A stretch of DNA of 64,000 bases from Takakia lepidozioides. Its lineage: Eukaryota > Plantae > Bryophyta. The notes under the pieces were generated by a model. The model saw only the letters and a list, made by a program, of their open reading frames with translations, searched no databases and was not told where the DNA came from. The stretch lies in contig CM060732.1 of NCBI GenBank assembly GCA_030704615.1, positions 61,876,001 through 61,940,000 of the forward strand, written 5' to 3'. Each line of letters starts with the position of its first letter. The stretch's first letter is position 1. Made by a program: the position numbers and the translations under genes. Shown in pieces: positions 1 through 11,800 of the stretch.

Positions 1-2885
1 CAAGAGGACGTGCAACCTTCCCACATTTTGCTACCCAATGGTGGTGTGATCCTGCAATGTATACACACGACGACCAATTTCGAGGTTTGGGATGGAGCTC
101 GATACGATTGCAGCCTCGGCATGCAATGGTTGGATCCGGTGGACGCGGTGGTAGCCTGCAAACTCGGCACGGTCAGTGGGACTTTGCCAACCGGAGAGAC
201 ATTCAACCTGAAAGGTATCAGGGTCTTTCTTAATGTCCCAGTCTTATTAGCCCTGCAGATGAAAAGATATATTCGTAAAGAAAACGAGCAGCTTTTTGCT
301 GTTAGCGTGCATGAACCATCAAGAACGAAATGTGTGAAAGATTCACATCCCAAACTTTATCTACTACTGAATGAATATGATGATGTATTTCCTGATGAAA
401 TTCCTGGAATGCCTCCTGAACGAGAGATTGATCATGCTATTGAATTAACGACGGATGCTATACCGGTTGCAAAGGCACCATACAGACATTCAATTGTAGA
501 AAATGAAGAATTAGAGAGACAACTGAATGATTTGGTTGAAAAGATGTACACCCGTCCTAGTAAATCACCCTGCGGTGCTCCAATGATGTTCAAGAAAAAG
601 AAAGACGGGAGTCTGAGGTTGTGTGTTGATTATAGATGATTGAGCAAGTTCACCATCAAGAATAAATATCCTCTGCTTTGTGTTGACGATCTGTTGGACC
701 ATCTGTATGGAAATCAAGTTTTATCAAAACTTGATCTTCGATCTGGATATCATCAGATACGAATCAAGAATTCTGACATACCAAAGACCGGATTTTGGTC
801 CCACTTTGGGCATTACGAATTCTTTTCACGATGCCATTTGGGCTCACAAATGCTCCAACAACATTCACAGTATACATCTGATCGATGAATTTTCTGTTCC
901 TGGAATAATTGGGGAAGATAATTTTAGTCTATATAGATGACATACTAATATCTATATTCGAAGACCGAAAAAAAACACGAACAACATCTACGCTTGGTCT
1001 TAGGCATATTGAGAGAGAACCACTTATTAAATATTTGCTAAGAGAAGCAAATTTGAGTTCTTTGTACACCACATGAATTACTTGGGGTATTGCATCTCCA
1101 AGGATGGAATCTCAATTGATCCCAAGAAAGTCCAAACAGTGGCTAAATGGCCTAAGCCAAGTGATAAGATTGAGGTCAGGAGTTTTATCGGATTTGCTAG
1201 CTTTATGCAGAAGTCTTTTTATCAGATTGCAGCTCCATTGACTAACCTGCTTAAGGACTCAAGTCCAGTAAGTTTGAAAGATGTCTAGACAGAAGAATGT
1301 GATATCAGTTTTGAGAAATTGAAGTTTGCTTTGATACATGCTCATGTACTGAAATTGCTCGACCCTACTAGGGAAGCAATTGTATTTTGTACTAACGCAA
1401 GTGATATTGCCATTGGAGCCGTATTAATGCAAGATGGGCAAGTAATTGCCTATGAATTTCGAAAGATCGGTCCAGCAAAGAAGAATTATCCGACTCATAA
1501 AAAAGAACTGTTGGCAATAGTTCATGCTTTGAAGGTATGGAGGCATTATCTGCTTCCAGTTGACTTTGTAATAGAAACTGACCATCAGAGTTTGAAATAA
1601 TTGACCACGCAACCCCATTTGAGCCAGAGGCAGATTCGGTGGTCAGAACTGCTTCAACAGTTCCATTAAATGATCTGAAGTATGTCAAAGGAAGAGAAAA
1701 TATAATTGTTGATGCACTTTGTAGGAGGCCATTACAAGCTAATGTTGTCTCATGTGTCAGTAGCACCATATTTCAAGACGTTAAGGGTCAGTATGAGATT
1801 GATAGATTTTTCAAAGAACCATTTGAAAGTTTGTCTCGTGACCAGAGGACTTCCATTGAGAAAGAAAAACACCGGCCATACCTCTTGAGAGATGAGGTGT
1901 TGTTTTATAATGGTCGGTTGTGTGTTCCCTTGATCCCAGGCCTAAGATTGCGAATTATTCATGATAGTCATAATGTTCCAATCTCGGGACACTCGGGCTT
2001 TCAGAGGACCTACTGGCCAATACGAAAGCACTACTTTTGGCCGGGTATGAAAAGAGAAGTCAAGGATTATGTGTAGAGATGTTTTCCCTGTCAGGTTTCG
2101 AAGTCAGAAAGAGTCAGACCTCCTGGATTATTGCAATCTCTATCTGTTCATGGATGGATCTGGGAATCCATCAACATGGATTTCATTGTGGCCTTGCCTA
2201 AGACCAAAAATGGCCATGACAATATTATGGTGGTTATAGATAGGCTGTCTAAGATAGCCCATTTGATACCTACAAGGATGAGTGTTACGGCATCTAATGT
2301 TGCATCCTTGCTTATGAAAGAGAGATTCAGGATTCATGGTCTGCCCCATGAGATTATTTGTGACCGGGATTCAAAGTTTACAATTCGCTTTTGGGCTAAA
2401 GTCTTGTTTAAAAAATTGGGAACCAAGGTGAGGCTAAGTACGGCCTTTCACCCAGAAACATATGCCCAAACAAAAAGAACCAACCGTACAATTGAAGAGA
2501 TGTTAAGGATGTACGTTGATGAGAGACAATCCTCTTGGGAACAGTTTCTGTACTTGGTGGAATTTGCCTATTACAAGCATTTTTACAGTGCCATTGATAT
2601 GAGTCCATTTGAAGCCTTGTATGGACGAGATTGCTTAGCTCATGCTTCGGTTGTTGCACCACCATCAAATGTGCAGAGTGTAAATGATAGAATCAAAGAA
2701 ATGCACTGTGTACTAGATCTGGTAAAGCGTAGTATGCACGGTGCGCAGGAACGGGCCAAGTTCTTTGTTGACAAGCATATGACTTTTTGTGAATTCTCTC
2801 TTGAAGGTTACATACCAAAAAGAAGCACTTTGACACTTAACAAGTATTATAAAGATTTTGTGGCCCATTCAAAATCCTAGAACGC
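1..2885 (+). mobile_element. Degenerate Ty3/Gypsy pol (protease end, RT, RNase H, integrase); truncated
   Basis: ORF pieces 10-639 (PPEREIDHAIEL, KKKDGSLRLCVDYR), 640-888 ([14 protein letters not shown]), 1319-1600 (RNase H, degenerate TDAS, ETDHQSL), 1639-2076 (integrase zinc-finger region, YFWPGMK), 2131-2880 (MDFI, CDRD); CGPFKILER at ~2858-2885. Stops and frameshifts throughout. Confidence 0.95.
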
Positions 2886-3039
2886 CATGGTCGAAGACAT
2901 GTCCTAATGTGCATCATGTCACCTCAAAAATTGTTTTACGCTGTGTTTTTTTTTTTTAATTTAAATTTTTATATTACATAGTTTATCATAGCACGTAAGC
3001 CATCATATCATATTTTTTATGATCTAAGATTTTCAAAAA

Positions 3040-3501
3040 ACTTTAGGATTGCTGGATCTAGAGGTCCCAAATTAAGAAAATAATTTAAATAAATCGGGGC
3101 CGCCAGAGCTAGTGGTCCCGATTTTTAAGAAACAACTTAAAAAATTCGGATCCGCCAGCTCTGGTGGTCCCAAAATTTCAAGAAAATATTTAATAAATCG
3201 GGAACACCAACTCTGGCGGTCCTGATTTTGAGGAAATTATTTAATAAATTCAGACCACCAGCTATGGCAGTCATTTTTTTTTTTTAATATCTAAAAATAT
3301 GGGACCGTCAAGTCTGGTGGTCTGATGTCTTTTTTCCCCTTTCCTGAATAAAATCTAGACCACCAGCTCTAAAGATCACGTTTTATTTTTATTTTTATTT
3401 TTTCGGATAAATTTGGGACCGCCAAAGCTAACGGTCCAAAAATTTTTTATTTTTTCATTCTTATTTACGGATAAAATCGAGACCGCCATAGTAAGTGGTT
3501 C

Positions 3502-3532
<31 letters not shown>

Positions 3533-4277
3533 CTGTGGATGAAATCAGGACCGCAGCTGCTGACGGTCCTAATTTTGTTGGGAAAAAAATTAAAAAATTA
3601 AAAACATTGAGGGATTGCTAGCTTTGTCGGGCTCGGATTTAATTTAAAAATTATAAAAATCGTTACCGCCAGCTCTGGCGGTCCCAAATTTAATAGATAA
3701 AAGTTAAAAAATTAAAAACAACTGGGACCACCACCTCCATCGGTCCCGAATTTAATTTACAAAAAAACAATTTTGTAAAAAACCAATCCTCTCACCTTTG
3801 TCGATCCCGAATGTAATGAAAAAATAATTTAAAAAAAAAACAAACCAGGACCGTTACCTCTGGCAGTCCTGAATTTAAAACATTTATATTTCGAAACTTA
3901 AAATATCAGGACCGCCACCTGTGGCTGTCCCCAATCTAATGAATAAAAATTAAAAAATTAAGAAAATTGGGACCGCCAGCCCTAGTGGTTTCGAAATTAA
4001 TAAAAACACTCAGATAATCCAAAAAGTTTGGGACCACCAGCTTTGGTTGTCCCGAATTTAATAAAATAAAAAATAAAAAATCGGAACCGCCACTGTAGCG
4101 GTCCCGAATTTAATTTAAATAAAAAAAATCATGATGGCGGCCTCTGGCGATCCCAAAAAAAAAAAAAAAAAAAGACGGGAACGTCTGGCGGTCCCGATTT
4201 TAATAAAACTGACGTGGCACATGCCAACGTCAGCGTCAGATTTGACGTGACCTAACATTACGCCAATATGCAACCCG
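3040..4277. repeat. About 20 hairpin motifs (consensus GGGACCGCCAG-nn-CTGGCGGTCCC) every 50-60 bp in an A/T-rich background, ending in a hAT-like terminus TGCAACCCG
   Basis: Motif copies are visible from ~3045 to ~4195. The reverse complement of 4205-4277 resembles the hAT left end at 35425-35497 (GGGTTGCA...CTGACGCTGACG...CACGTCAGTTTT). Confidence 0.75.
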
Positions 4278-6819
4278 TCGCACCGCACCTACAAAACACC
4301 CCAACGCAAACCTGGACTGACTAGCCTCCGCCACTACAGACTTTGGCACTACAACTACAAGCTAGCTGAAATTTAAAAAAATAGACGGAGGGGAGAAGAG
4401 AAGCCAAGCAAACATGATGTACACCCAATGTATACTATAAGTTGCTAGATTCTTCATGATAAGATAGAGAAAAGAGTAGTCGTCTGTCTTGTGCTTAGTC
4501 CCAATACAACCTCATGTGTGATTGACATGAGCAGCATGAAATTTTACGCTAACACTCCTCCATATAACACCCCTTGGATCGGGGAACGCTCTTTGGTTAT
4601 GTCCATAGCCAAGCTCTCATCCACCCAGTATCTCGTCCACAGTTGTGGAGTTGCTCCATTGTCTCCACCAAAGCTCCTACTATTGATGCGCGATTTCCAG
4701 TATGCCATTAGGTCATCCAAAATAGGATTGTTTTGACATTGCCTTATGAGCCCAAATCAAAAAATGCTCAAAATTACCTGCAGGAATGTAATTTTCTGAC
4801 CTTTGTACCAAATTTACAGAAAGATTTATCTTCCTAAAGGTTGTCCCAACTTTTGTGGAAGGCTAAGTAGCTTTATCTTTCAATTTTTCAGAGCCTCTTG
4901 GCCACTTAGCCACACATTGAACATCTCTTTATGATGGGAATCTCTTTGGCTATTACCTTTCCAACAACACAGTGCAACCTAGTCTGAGATCAGAAACTCG
5001 AGATATGCCAGAAGGCATATGGTTTACAACATGACTCTGTTCCATGGATGACCCAAGAACCCAACTGCTTAAGACGACACCTGTTCAATACACAACCATA
5101 GATCACAGACAACACAATTCTCATGTGTGTCGGAACTAGTGGTAATTGTTTACTAGACTATACCCAAATGACGAAATCATTGCGAGAAATTCCCTAAGGC
5201 ATAGTCACCCAGATTCTTCACAAGTTTGAATAGACCTTATATTTGTAGTGAGCCCCAATCAACCAATACTGTTGCAGAAGTAGGGAATTAGCCTGTACTC
5301 TTTGCGTGACTACAACAGGCTGGCTGATGCCTAAACATGAGTGAAAATATACATATTTTATTTTATTTTATTTTTTGAAACACTCAAAATCTCGGGTTTC
5401 ATCCCCTTTATCAAATAAATAAATAAAATCTAATCACCGGTTCCCAGTTCACGTGCCCAAAGTTCTACATACGTTCTCACGTTCCCTTCCAGTTCTCGAG
5501 AGCTCCCACCAACAAGTTTTCTTCCTCTATATTTCCCAAGCCCTTCCTTCTCTCTGTAATCTGGCCTCACCATCGTCAGTGCTTTCCTGGGCAGGACCCT
5601 GCCGCCTTTGCTAGAGCAGAGTGTAGCATCGTATGCTCCAAATACTAAGTTAGCCACACTGGAAAACGAGAAACAAGTAGCAAGCACTACAAAGTCTGAC
5701 GGGCCGCATGACAAATCTGGAATGGGTAGCTTAGGTTGTTCTTTCTCAGCAGGGCATGAAACTAGGATGCGCAAAGTTTTCCCTCGAGTTTGCAATGTAC
5801 TGGGGAGGGTGGGAAGGGCTGGGACCGTGGCTGCTCAGCTGCTCCCTGGTCGTTTTCACAGACCCAAAACTCCAGACAGAATCTTGTTTAGCATTTGTAT
5901 GTTCGTATGTTCCTCATTGTGTGGAGTCCACTGGATTCGAAAGTGTTTCATGAATGTTGTTTAAAGCCCACTAGCACTCCTTCATGAATGAACGTGTCAA
6001 AGTGTTGATGGTGTTGGAGTTTCAGGCACGAAAGGTCTACCTTGGGGCATGGAGCAGCGCTGGCTCAAGGTTTTTAAAGATCCTTCACAATGTGGGAACA
6101 ACCGAAATTGCAAGGTGTGGCTTTCTTAATGCATGATGTGAAGAAGCTTGTCCGTTCTGAAAATGTAGGCTTTACCTATTAGTATCATGATTTGGTGTTT
6201 TCCTAGTGTTTACAAGGTACTTGGGAGGGTCAGCTTGGTCTTAGGAGGCCATGTTTAAGTCTATGGCTGCTGAGCTGCACGGTGGCTCTCACAGACCAAT
6301 CCGAGATCATCCCACTACGGGCACAAACGGCACACACAAGAGGTCCTTTTGGGTTCATGGTTGGTTGAATCCTCCGTGGGTGAAAGAAAAGCTAGCTGCT
6401 TTCGTGACACAAGGTCAAGGACAATATGGTGAGGGCACCTTCTTCTTCAACTCATTTTGGCCTGTTTTGCACTCTTATCAGAGTCATGCCTATTTTCTCA
6501 TGTTGAATTCTGCAAGTTAGCTCATCGGGTGGATCTATGGTGGTTTGGAGTGATTTTGACATGTTACTGCCAATGTGTCAACAGGAAAGTATCCAAAATT
6601 AGACAACAGAGATGGCGACAAGCTTTGGAATGAATATTTTTCGGACCCCAGTCAATCGTGGGACAATGAAGGCAAAAAGGTGAATGCCTGTTAGATTACA
6701 GACAGAAGCAGACAACAAGATGCATCGCAAAGCTTTCGTGGAAATTGTCACCCTCTCTCCCAAGCACATTTTGAAGTCTTGGGAGTAATTCGGCATAGGA
6801 ACTAGTGTGATAAGTAGGG

Positions 6820-9807
6820 TTGGGTACTTGCGATAACAAATTTAGGCTGTCATTGTCAGCTGCTAGGGATGGAGTGTGGGTCCAGATGCATGCAAAAGGG
6901 CCGGATTTCAAGCACAAGATCACCTATGATTCAGTGTGGGTTGATACCTACAAGAAACCTGCATGCGTAGATGGTCAAGTGGAAGTAGCAGCTGGTTCAC
7001 AGTTGATAAAATTAGGGACCCTCATCATGACCGCAACTTCCAAAAGAGGACCAAGAGACCAAATCCACAATATGTCGTCTGGCACTTCAGAGCATGTGAG
7101 GACGCAAGGTGAGGCAGGGCAACTGAAAGAGGCTCTACAGACTTTATACGAAGGAAGCATTTCAGCAGATTCAGATACTTATGTCCATCTCTTACATAAG
7201 TCCATCAAGATGAAAGGCCTGGAAGCCGGAAAGCAGGTGCATGCTCACATTGTCCAAAGTGGATTCAAGCCAAATGTGTTTCTACACAACACCCTTGTCA
7301 ACATGTATGTTAAGTGCGGGAGCATCGAGGATGCACACCAAGTGTTCAGCAAAATGCCTGAACGAGGTGTGATCACATGGAATATAATGATGGCAGGATT
7401 TACCAAGCATGGGTGTGGTAGGAATGCTTTGGAGACATATGAGCAAATGCTGCAGGACGGGGTGAAGCCCAACAACATCACGTTTGTTTGTGTTTGCAAT
7501 GCATGTGCGAGCCTTGCAGCCCTTGAAAAGGGCAAAGAGGTCCATGGTGACATCATCAAAGCTGGAGTTGTACCAGATGTTGTTTTGAACACCGCCCTAA
7601 TGAACATGTATGCCAAATGTGGGAGCATCGAGGATGCAAAGGAAGTGTTCTACAATATGGCCGAACGAGATGTGGTGTCCTGGAATGCTATGATTGCAGG
7701 ATATGTGCAGCATGGGTGCGGGATGGAGGCTTTGGAGACCTATGAGCAAATGATGCGGGAACGGGTGAGGCCGGACCAGGTCACATTCGTTTGCGTTTGC
7801 AATGCATGTGCGAGCCTGGCAGCCCTGGAAAAAGGCAAACAGGTTCATGGCAACATCGTCAAAATGGGAACTGTACCAGGTGTCATTTTGAACAGTACCC
7901 TGGTGGACATGTATGCCAAATGTGGCAGCATTGAGGATGCAAAGGGAGTATTTGATAATATGGCTGAACGAGATGTGGTGTCATGGAACGTGATGATTGC
8001 AGGATATGCGCAGCATGGGTGTGGGATGGAGGCTTTGGAGACCTATGAGCGAATGATGCAGGAAGGGGTGAAGCCAGACCAGGTCACGTTCGTTTGCGTT
8101 TGCAATGCATGTGCGAGCCTGGCAGCCCTGGAAAAGGGTAAAAAGGTCCATGGTGACATCATCATAGCTAGAATTGTACCAGATGTTGTCCTGACCACTG
8201 CCCTGATGAACATGTATGCCAACTGTGGCAGCATTGAGGATGCAAGGGGAGTGTTCAACAATATGGCTGAACGGGATGTGGTGTCCTGGAGTGCTATGAT
8301 TGCAGGATATGCACAGCATGGGTGCGGGATGGAGGCTTTGGAAACCTATGAGCAAATGATGCAGGAAGGGGTGAAGCCAGACCGGGTAACTTTTGTTTGT
8401 GTTTGCAATGCGTGTGCGAGCCTGGCAGCCCTGGAAAAGGGCAAAGAGGTCCATGGTGACGTCATCAAAGCTGGAGTTGTACCAGACGTCGTTCTGAACA
8501 CTGCCCTGATGAACATGTATGCCAAATGTGGGAGCATCGAGGATGCAAAGAGAGTATTTGACAATATGGCTGAACGAGATGGGGTGTCCTGGAGTGCTAT
8601 GATTGCAGGATATGCACAGCATGGGTGTGGGATGGAGGCTTTGGAGATCTATGAGAAAATGATGCAGGAAGGGGTGAAGCCGGACCGGGTCACATTCATT
8701 TGCATTTGCAATGCGTGTGCGAGCCTGGCAGCCCTGGAAAAGGGTAAAGAGGTCCATGGCGACATCGTTGAAGCTGGAATCGTACCAGATGTCGTTCTGA
8801 ACACTGCCCTGGTGGACATGTATGCCAAATGTGGGCATATCGAGGATGCGAAGGGAGTGTTCAATAATATGGCTGAACGAAATGTGGTCTCGTGGAACGC
8901 AATGATCGCAGGATATGCCCAGCATGGTTATGATCTGGAGGCCCTGCAACTATTGGAAGAAATGCAAGTGGAAGGCTTGAAGCTGGACAGTATCACTTTT
9001 CTATGTGTTCTCTCTGCATGTAGCCATGCTGGCCTAGTGGATGAAGGCAAATACTACTTCAACTCCCTGAGTCAAGATCATGGCATCACTCCAGCACTGG
9101 AGCATTTTGGCTCCATGGTGGACCTTCTTGGCCGTGCGGGGCGATTGGATGAGGCAGAGTACTTCATTAACAAAATGCCAATGAAACCAAATGCTGTGGT
9201 GTGGATGGCGTTGCTCGGTGCCTGCAGAATCCATGGCAATGTGGAGATGGCTGAACGTGTGGCAACATCTATTCTCAAGTGGGATGAACAGGAGGCCGCG
9301 ACTTATGTATTGCTATCAAACATCTATGCTGCAGCTGGCAGGTGGGATGATAGTGCAAAGGTGAGAACTATGATGAAGGTCAGAGGGGTCAGAAAGGAGC
9401 CAGGTCACTGCTGCATTGAGGTTGGCAACAGGGTGCACACCTTTGTTGTAGATGACCAATTGCATCCCAAAATGGAGGAAATCCATGCTGAGTTGAGAAG
9501 ATTGTCTAGACAGATGAAGGAGGCAGGGTATGTGCCTGGCAGGTGCTTTGGATTCCATGATGTTGGGGAGGAGCAAAAGGAAATTCCTGTTTGCTACCAC
9601 AGTGAGAAGCTGGCCATTGGTTTTGGGCTGATCAGCACATCCCCTAGGACGCCTCTCCGTCTCGTCAAGAATCTTCGGGTTTGTGGTGACTGCCACACCT
9701 CCACCAAGTTCATCTCAAAGATTGCCGGCCGAGCAATTGTTGTACGGGACGCAAACCGCTTTCACCACTTCGAAGATGGGGTTTGTTCTTGTGGGGATTA
9801 CTGGTGA
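6820..9807 (+). CDS. PLS-class PPR protein with E1/E2 and DYW deaminase domain (organellar C-to-U editing factor); about 20 PPR motifs
   Basis: Uninterrupted 995-aa ORF. Repeats of 35/35/31-aa P-L-S motifs, PG box (KEPGHCCIEV), HSEKLA, CGDCH, terminal DYW. True start is probably ATG 6886 or 7027. Confidence 0.97.
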   Translation: MGTCDNKFRLSLSAARDGVWVQMHAKGPDFKHKITYDSVWVDTYKKPACVDGQVEVAAGSQLIKLGTLIMTATSKRGPRDQIHNMSSGTSEHVRTQGEAGQLKEALQTLYEGSISADSDTYVHLLHKSIKMKGLEAGKQVHAHIVQSGFKPNVFLHNTLVNMYVKCGSIEDAHQVFSKMPERGVITWNIMMAGFTKHGCGRNALETYEQMLQDGVKPNNITFVCVCNACASLAALEKGKEVHGDIIKAGVVPDVVLNTALMNMYAKCGSIEDAKEVFYNMAERDVVSWNAMIAGYVQHGCGMEALETYEQMMRERVRPDQVTFVCVCNACASLAALEKGKQVHGNIVKMGTVPGVILNSTLVDMYAKCGSIEDAKGVFDNMAERDVVSWNVMIAGYAQHGCGMEALETYERMMQEGVKPDQVTFVCVCNACASLAALEKGKKVHGDIIIARIVPDVVLTTALMNMYANCGSIEDARGVFNNMAERDVVSWSAMIAGYAQHGCGMEALETYEQMMQEGVKPDRVTFVCVCNACASLAALEKGKEVHGDVIKAGVVPDVVLNTALMNMYAKCGSIEDAKRVFDNMAERDGVSWSAMIAGYAQHGCGMEALEIYEKMMQEGVKPDRVTFICICNACASLAALEKGKEVHGDIVEAGIVPDVVLNTALVDMYAKCGHIEDAKGVFNNMAERNVVSWNAMIAGYAQHGYDLEALQLLEEMQVEGLKLDSITFLCVLSACSHAGLVDEGKYYFNSLSQDHGITPALEHFGSMVDLLGRAGRLDEAEYFINKMPMKPNAVVWMALLGACRIHGNVEMAERVATSILKWDEQEAATYVLLSNIYAAAGRWDDSAKVRTMMKVRGVRKEPGHCCIEVGNRVHTFVVDDQLHPKMEEIHAELRRLSRQMKEAGYVPGRCFGFHDVGEEQKEIPVCYHSEKLAIGFGLISTSPRTPLRLVKNLRVCGDCHTSTKFISKIAGRAIVVRDANRFHHFEDGVCSCGDYW

Positions 9808-10819
9808 TGGGATGTTTTTCTGGGAAGGTGTTAAGTCTGTTGCTTCATTCATTGATCTGTGTAGCTGCTCAGTTCATCCTCCAGTTCCTTAGAATATTGA
9901 CTATGATGTACTGTAGAGGGCATTTCCTGTGGCATATCAATCTTTCAATAGCCGGTAGTGGGGTCTAACTCAGCAGAGGTGGAATTCAGCCCAAAATTGC
10001 AGTTGACTGGAGCAGGTAATGAGTGAAGGGCAGATTTTGACTGACTCTGGTGATAGTGGAAGAGAATCAGACTGCTGTCCTGGTGTGGATGGTGGAGCTT
10101 CTTCAGAGCAAGTAATGCGATTCGACTCTAGTAGTGAGAGAGAAAACTCCAGTCCTACAGACTTTCACGGTGGATGTGTGTTATAAGGTGCTGACACTGG
10201 GGTCGATTGTTATCCAGTTGTCACTTGTTGGTGATGGAGATCGGATGGCTGTAAGGTGTATTTCCTTGCAGCAGGTGGTAAGATTATTTGATATCATATT
10301 AAGAGAACAGATAGCAAGAGCTCTCGCAATAGCTCTATCTATAACTTAAAAAGACAGCACATAAGTCCATCTGTCAGACCAATTTCCCCACAAGAGATAA
10401 TGAGCCATTACATGTGATGCTATGCCACCCCCTGCCAGAAAATTCTTAACTCTTGTGAAGATGACGCCAGTACAGAATGGAGGATAGATCAAGCATAACT
10501 GCACATGCATGAATGATGAAGTTCAGGACAGGACTTGAGAGAAACTGAGCTAACAAAAATGGTGGTCGGAGGGGAAGATGCCAGTGAAAGAGTCCGGTGG
10601 AAGCTGCAAAATTGCCCCACCTCCGCATGAATGGGGATGAAAAACCTGTGTAGACTAAAAGCACCCATCCTTACAAATCTGCCTAGTTCACTATCATAAT
10701 TCCTAAAGATCTGAGCACTACACTAACAATTCCTTGCGTCAAGGTAAATCATGTCTTGCGCCATTAGCCTGTATCTTTAGTGACATCTCCACCCTCCTTC
10801 CTTCCACATAAAAGTTAGA

Positions 10820-11110
10820 TTAAACTAGAGCCTGGAATACAACAAATCAGCTTTGGGGACTGCCTCCTCAATTGCATGACAGAAAGCAACTTCACTCTCC
10901 CACCTGCAATCAGTTCACACACAATATACGGTCCCTCAATGCGAGGCTTGGCCTTGCTCTTGATCCAACCATGTTGCAAATTTAACACACACAGTTTGCC
11001 CTGCCTCAAAGACAGTGGAATAGATCAGGGGTTAGTTGTACTGATTATCCTGGGCTAATTGTGCCAGCCAATGAATGCGCTTGTCAGTTTGGAATCCAAG
11101 TTGGTTCTCT
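10820..11110 (-). mobile_element. LTR-retrotransposon integrase C-terminal remnant
   Basis: KAKPRIEGPYIV (GPY/F motif) in ORF 10815-11009; short and degraded. Confidence 0.4.
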
Positions 11111-11140
11111 GTTCTTTCAAACCCTAAACCCTAAACCCTA

Positions 11141-11657
11141 ATTCTGGGGTGGATGGTGGAGCTTCTTGGAAGCTTGAAGATGAAAGTGAATACTCTTCGT
11201 AATGAGCTTGGTTAGAGGGAATCTCTGTGCACGTTGAGCATCTCGAATTTTGGACATGTTTCTGATGCCCTTGACCCCTAACTTGCATGAATGTTGTCGG
11301 AAGCTAGCCATATCCTGCGAGATGAGTCCACAACAAATTGGAGTGGCAGACTGCAGTAGAAAAGACAAGGTGCATGCTGCTTGTTATGGGCGGTCAGCCA
11401 CATTCTTAAATTTGTAAATCCAACCAAACCCACTCAAAAACGGGAAGTATGTACCAGTGGTATGTATTGCTCGAAAAACCCTAAACCCTGTATTGCTTTT
11501 TTCATGCAAGTTAGTCAAGGGCACGAGAAACATGTCCAAAATTCAAGATGCTGAACGAACTTGTGCACGGAGAGATTTCCTCTAATCAAGCTCATAACGA
11601 ATTGTATTCACTTTCATTTTCAAGCTTCCAAGAAGCTCCACCATCCGGGTCAAAATC
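11141..11657. repeat. Foldback: ~150-bp inverted arms (11141-11290 and 11502-11657) with AAACCCTAA telomere-type motifs at ~11118-11141 and ~11475-11489
   Basis: ggatggtggagcttcttggaagcttgaa...aacttgcatgaa matches the reverse complement of ttcatgcaagtt...ttcaagcttccaagaagctccaccatcc. Confidence 0.8.
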
Positions 11658-11800
11658 CCCCCTACTCCAGTCAAGTGCAATTTTGGGCTCACTTTCCACC
11701 CATGCTGGGAATACCTTCAACAGTACATCACAGTCACTATTCTAAGGCTACAAAGATCAATGAATGAAGCAACAGACTCACCTTTTCAGAAAAAATCATT

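Noticed and set aside
3040-4200. Palindromic repeat-spacer arrays (also at 31.8-33.0, 35.6-36.4 and 58.7-59.2 kb) resembling CRISPR
   Set aside because: Repeats are degenerate, spacers are A/T homopolymer-rich or mutually homologous, there are no cas genes, and the context is a eukaryotic transposon.
4331-4360. CACTACA motifs as another CACTA terminus
   Set aside because: No subterminal repeats or partner end found.
4480-5970. Short ORFs upstream of the first PPR gene
   Set aside because: No recognisable motifs; probably degraded repeat or UTR sequence.
9390-9807. Possible U-to-C (DYW:KP-type) editing enzyme
   Set aside because: Both copies have a PG box, HSEK and terminal DYW, the canonical C-to-U signature.
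11118-11489. CCCTAAA runs as a chromosome end
   Set aside because: Only 2-3 units, interstitial.
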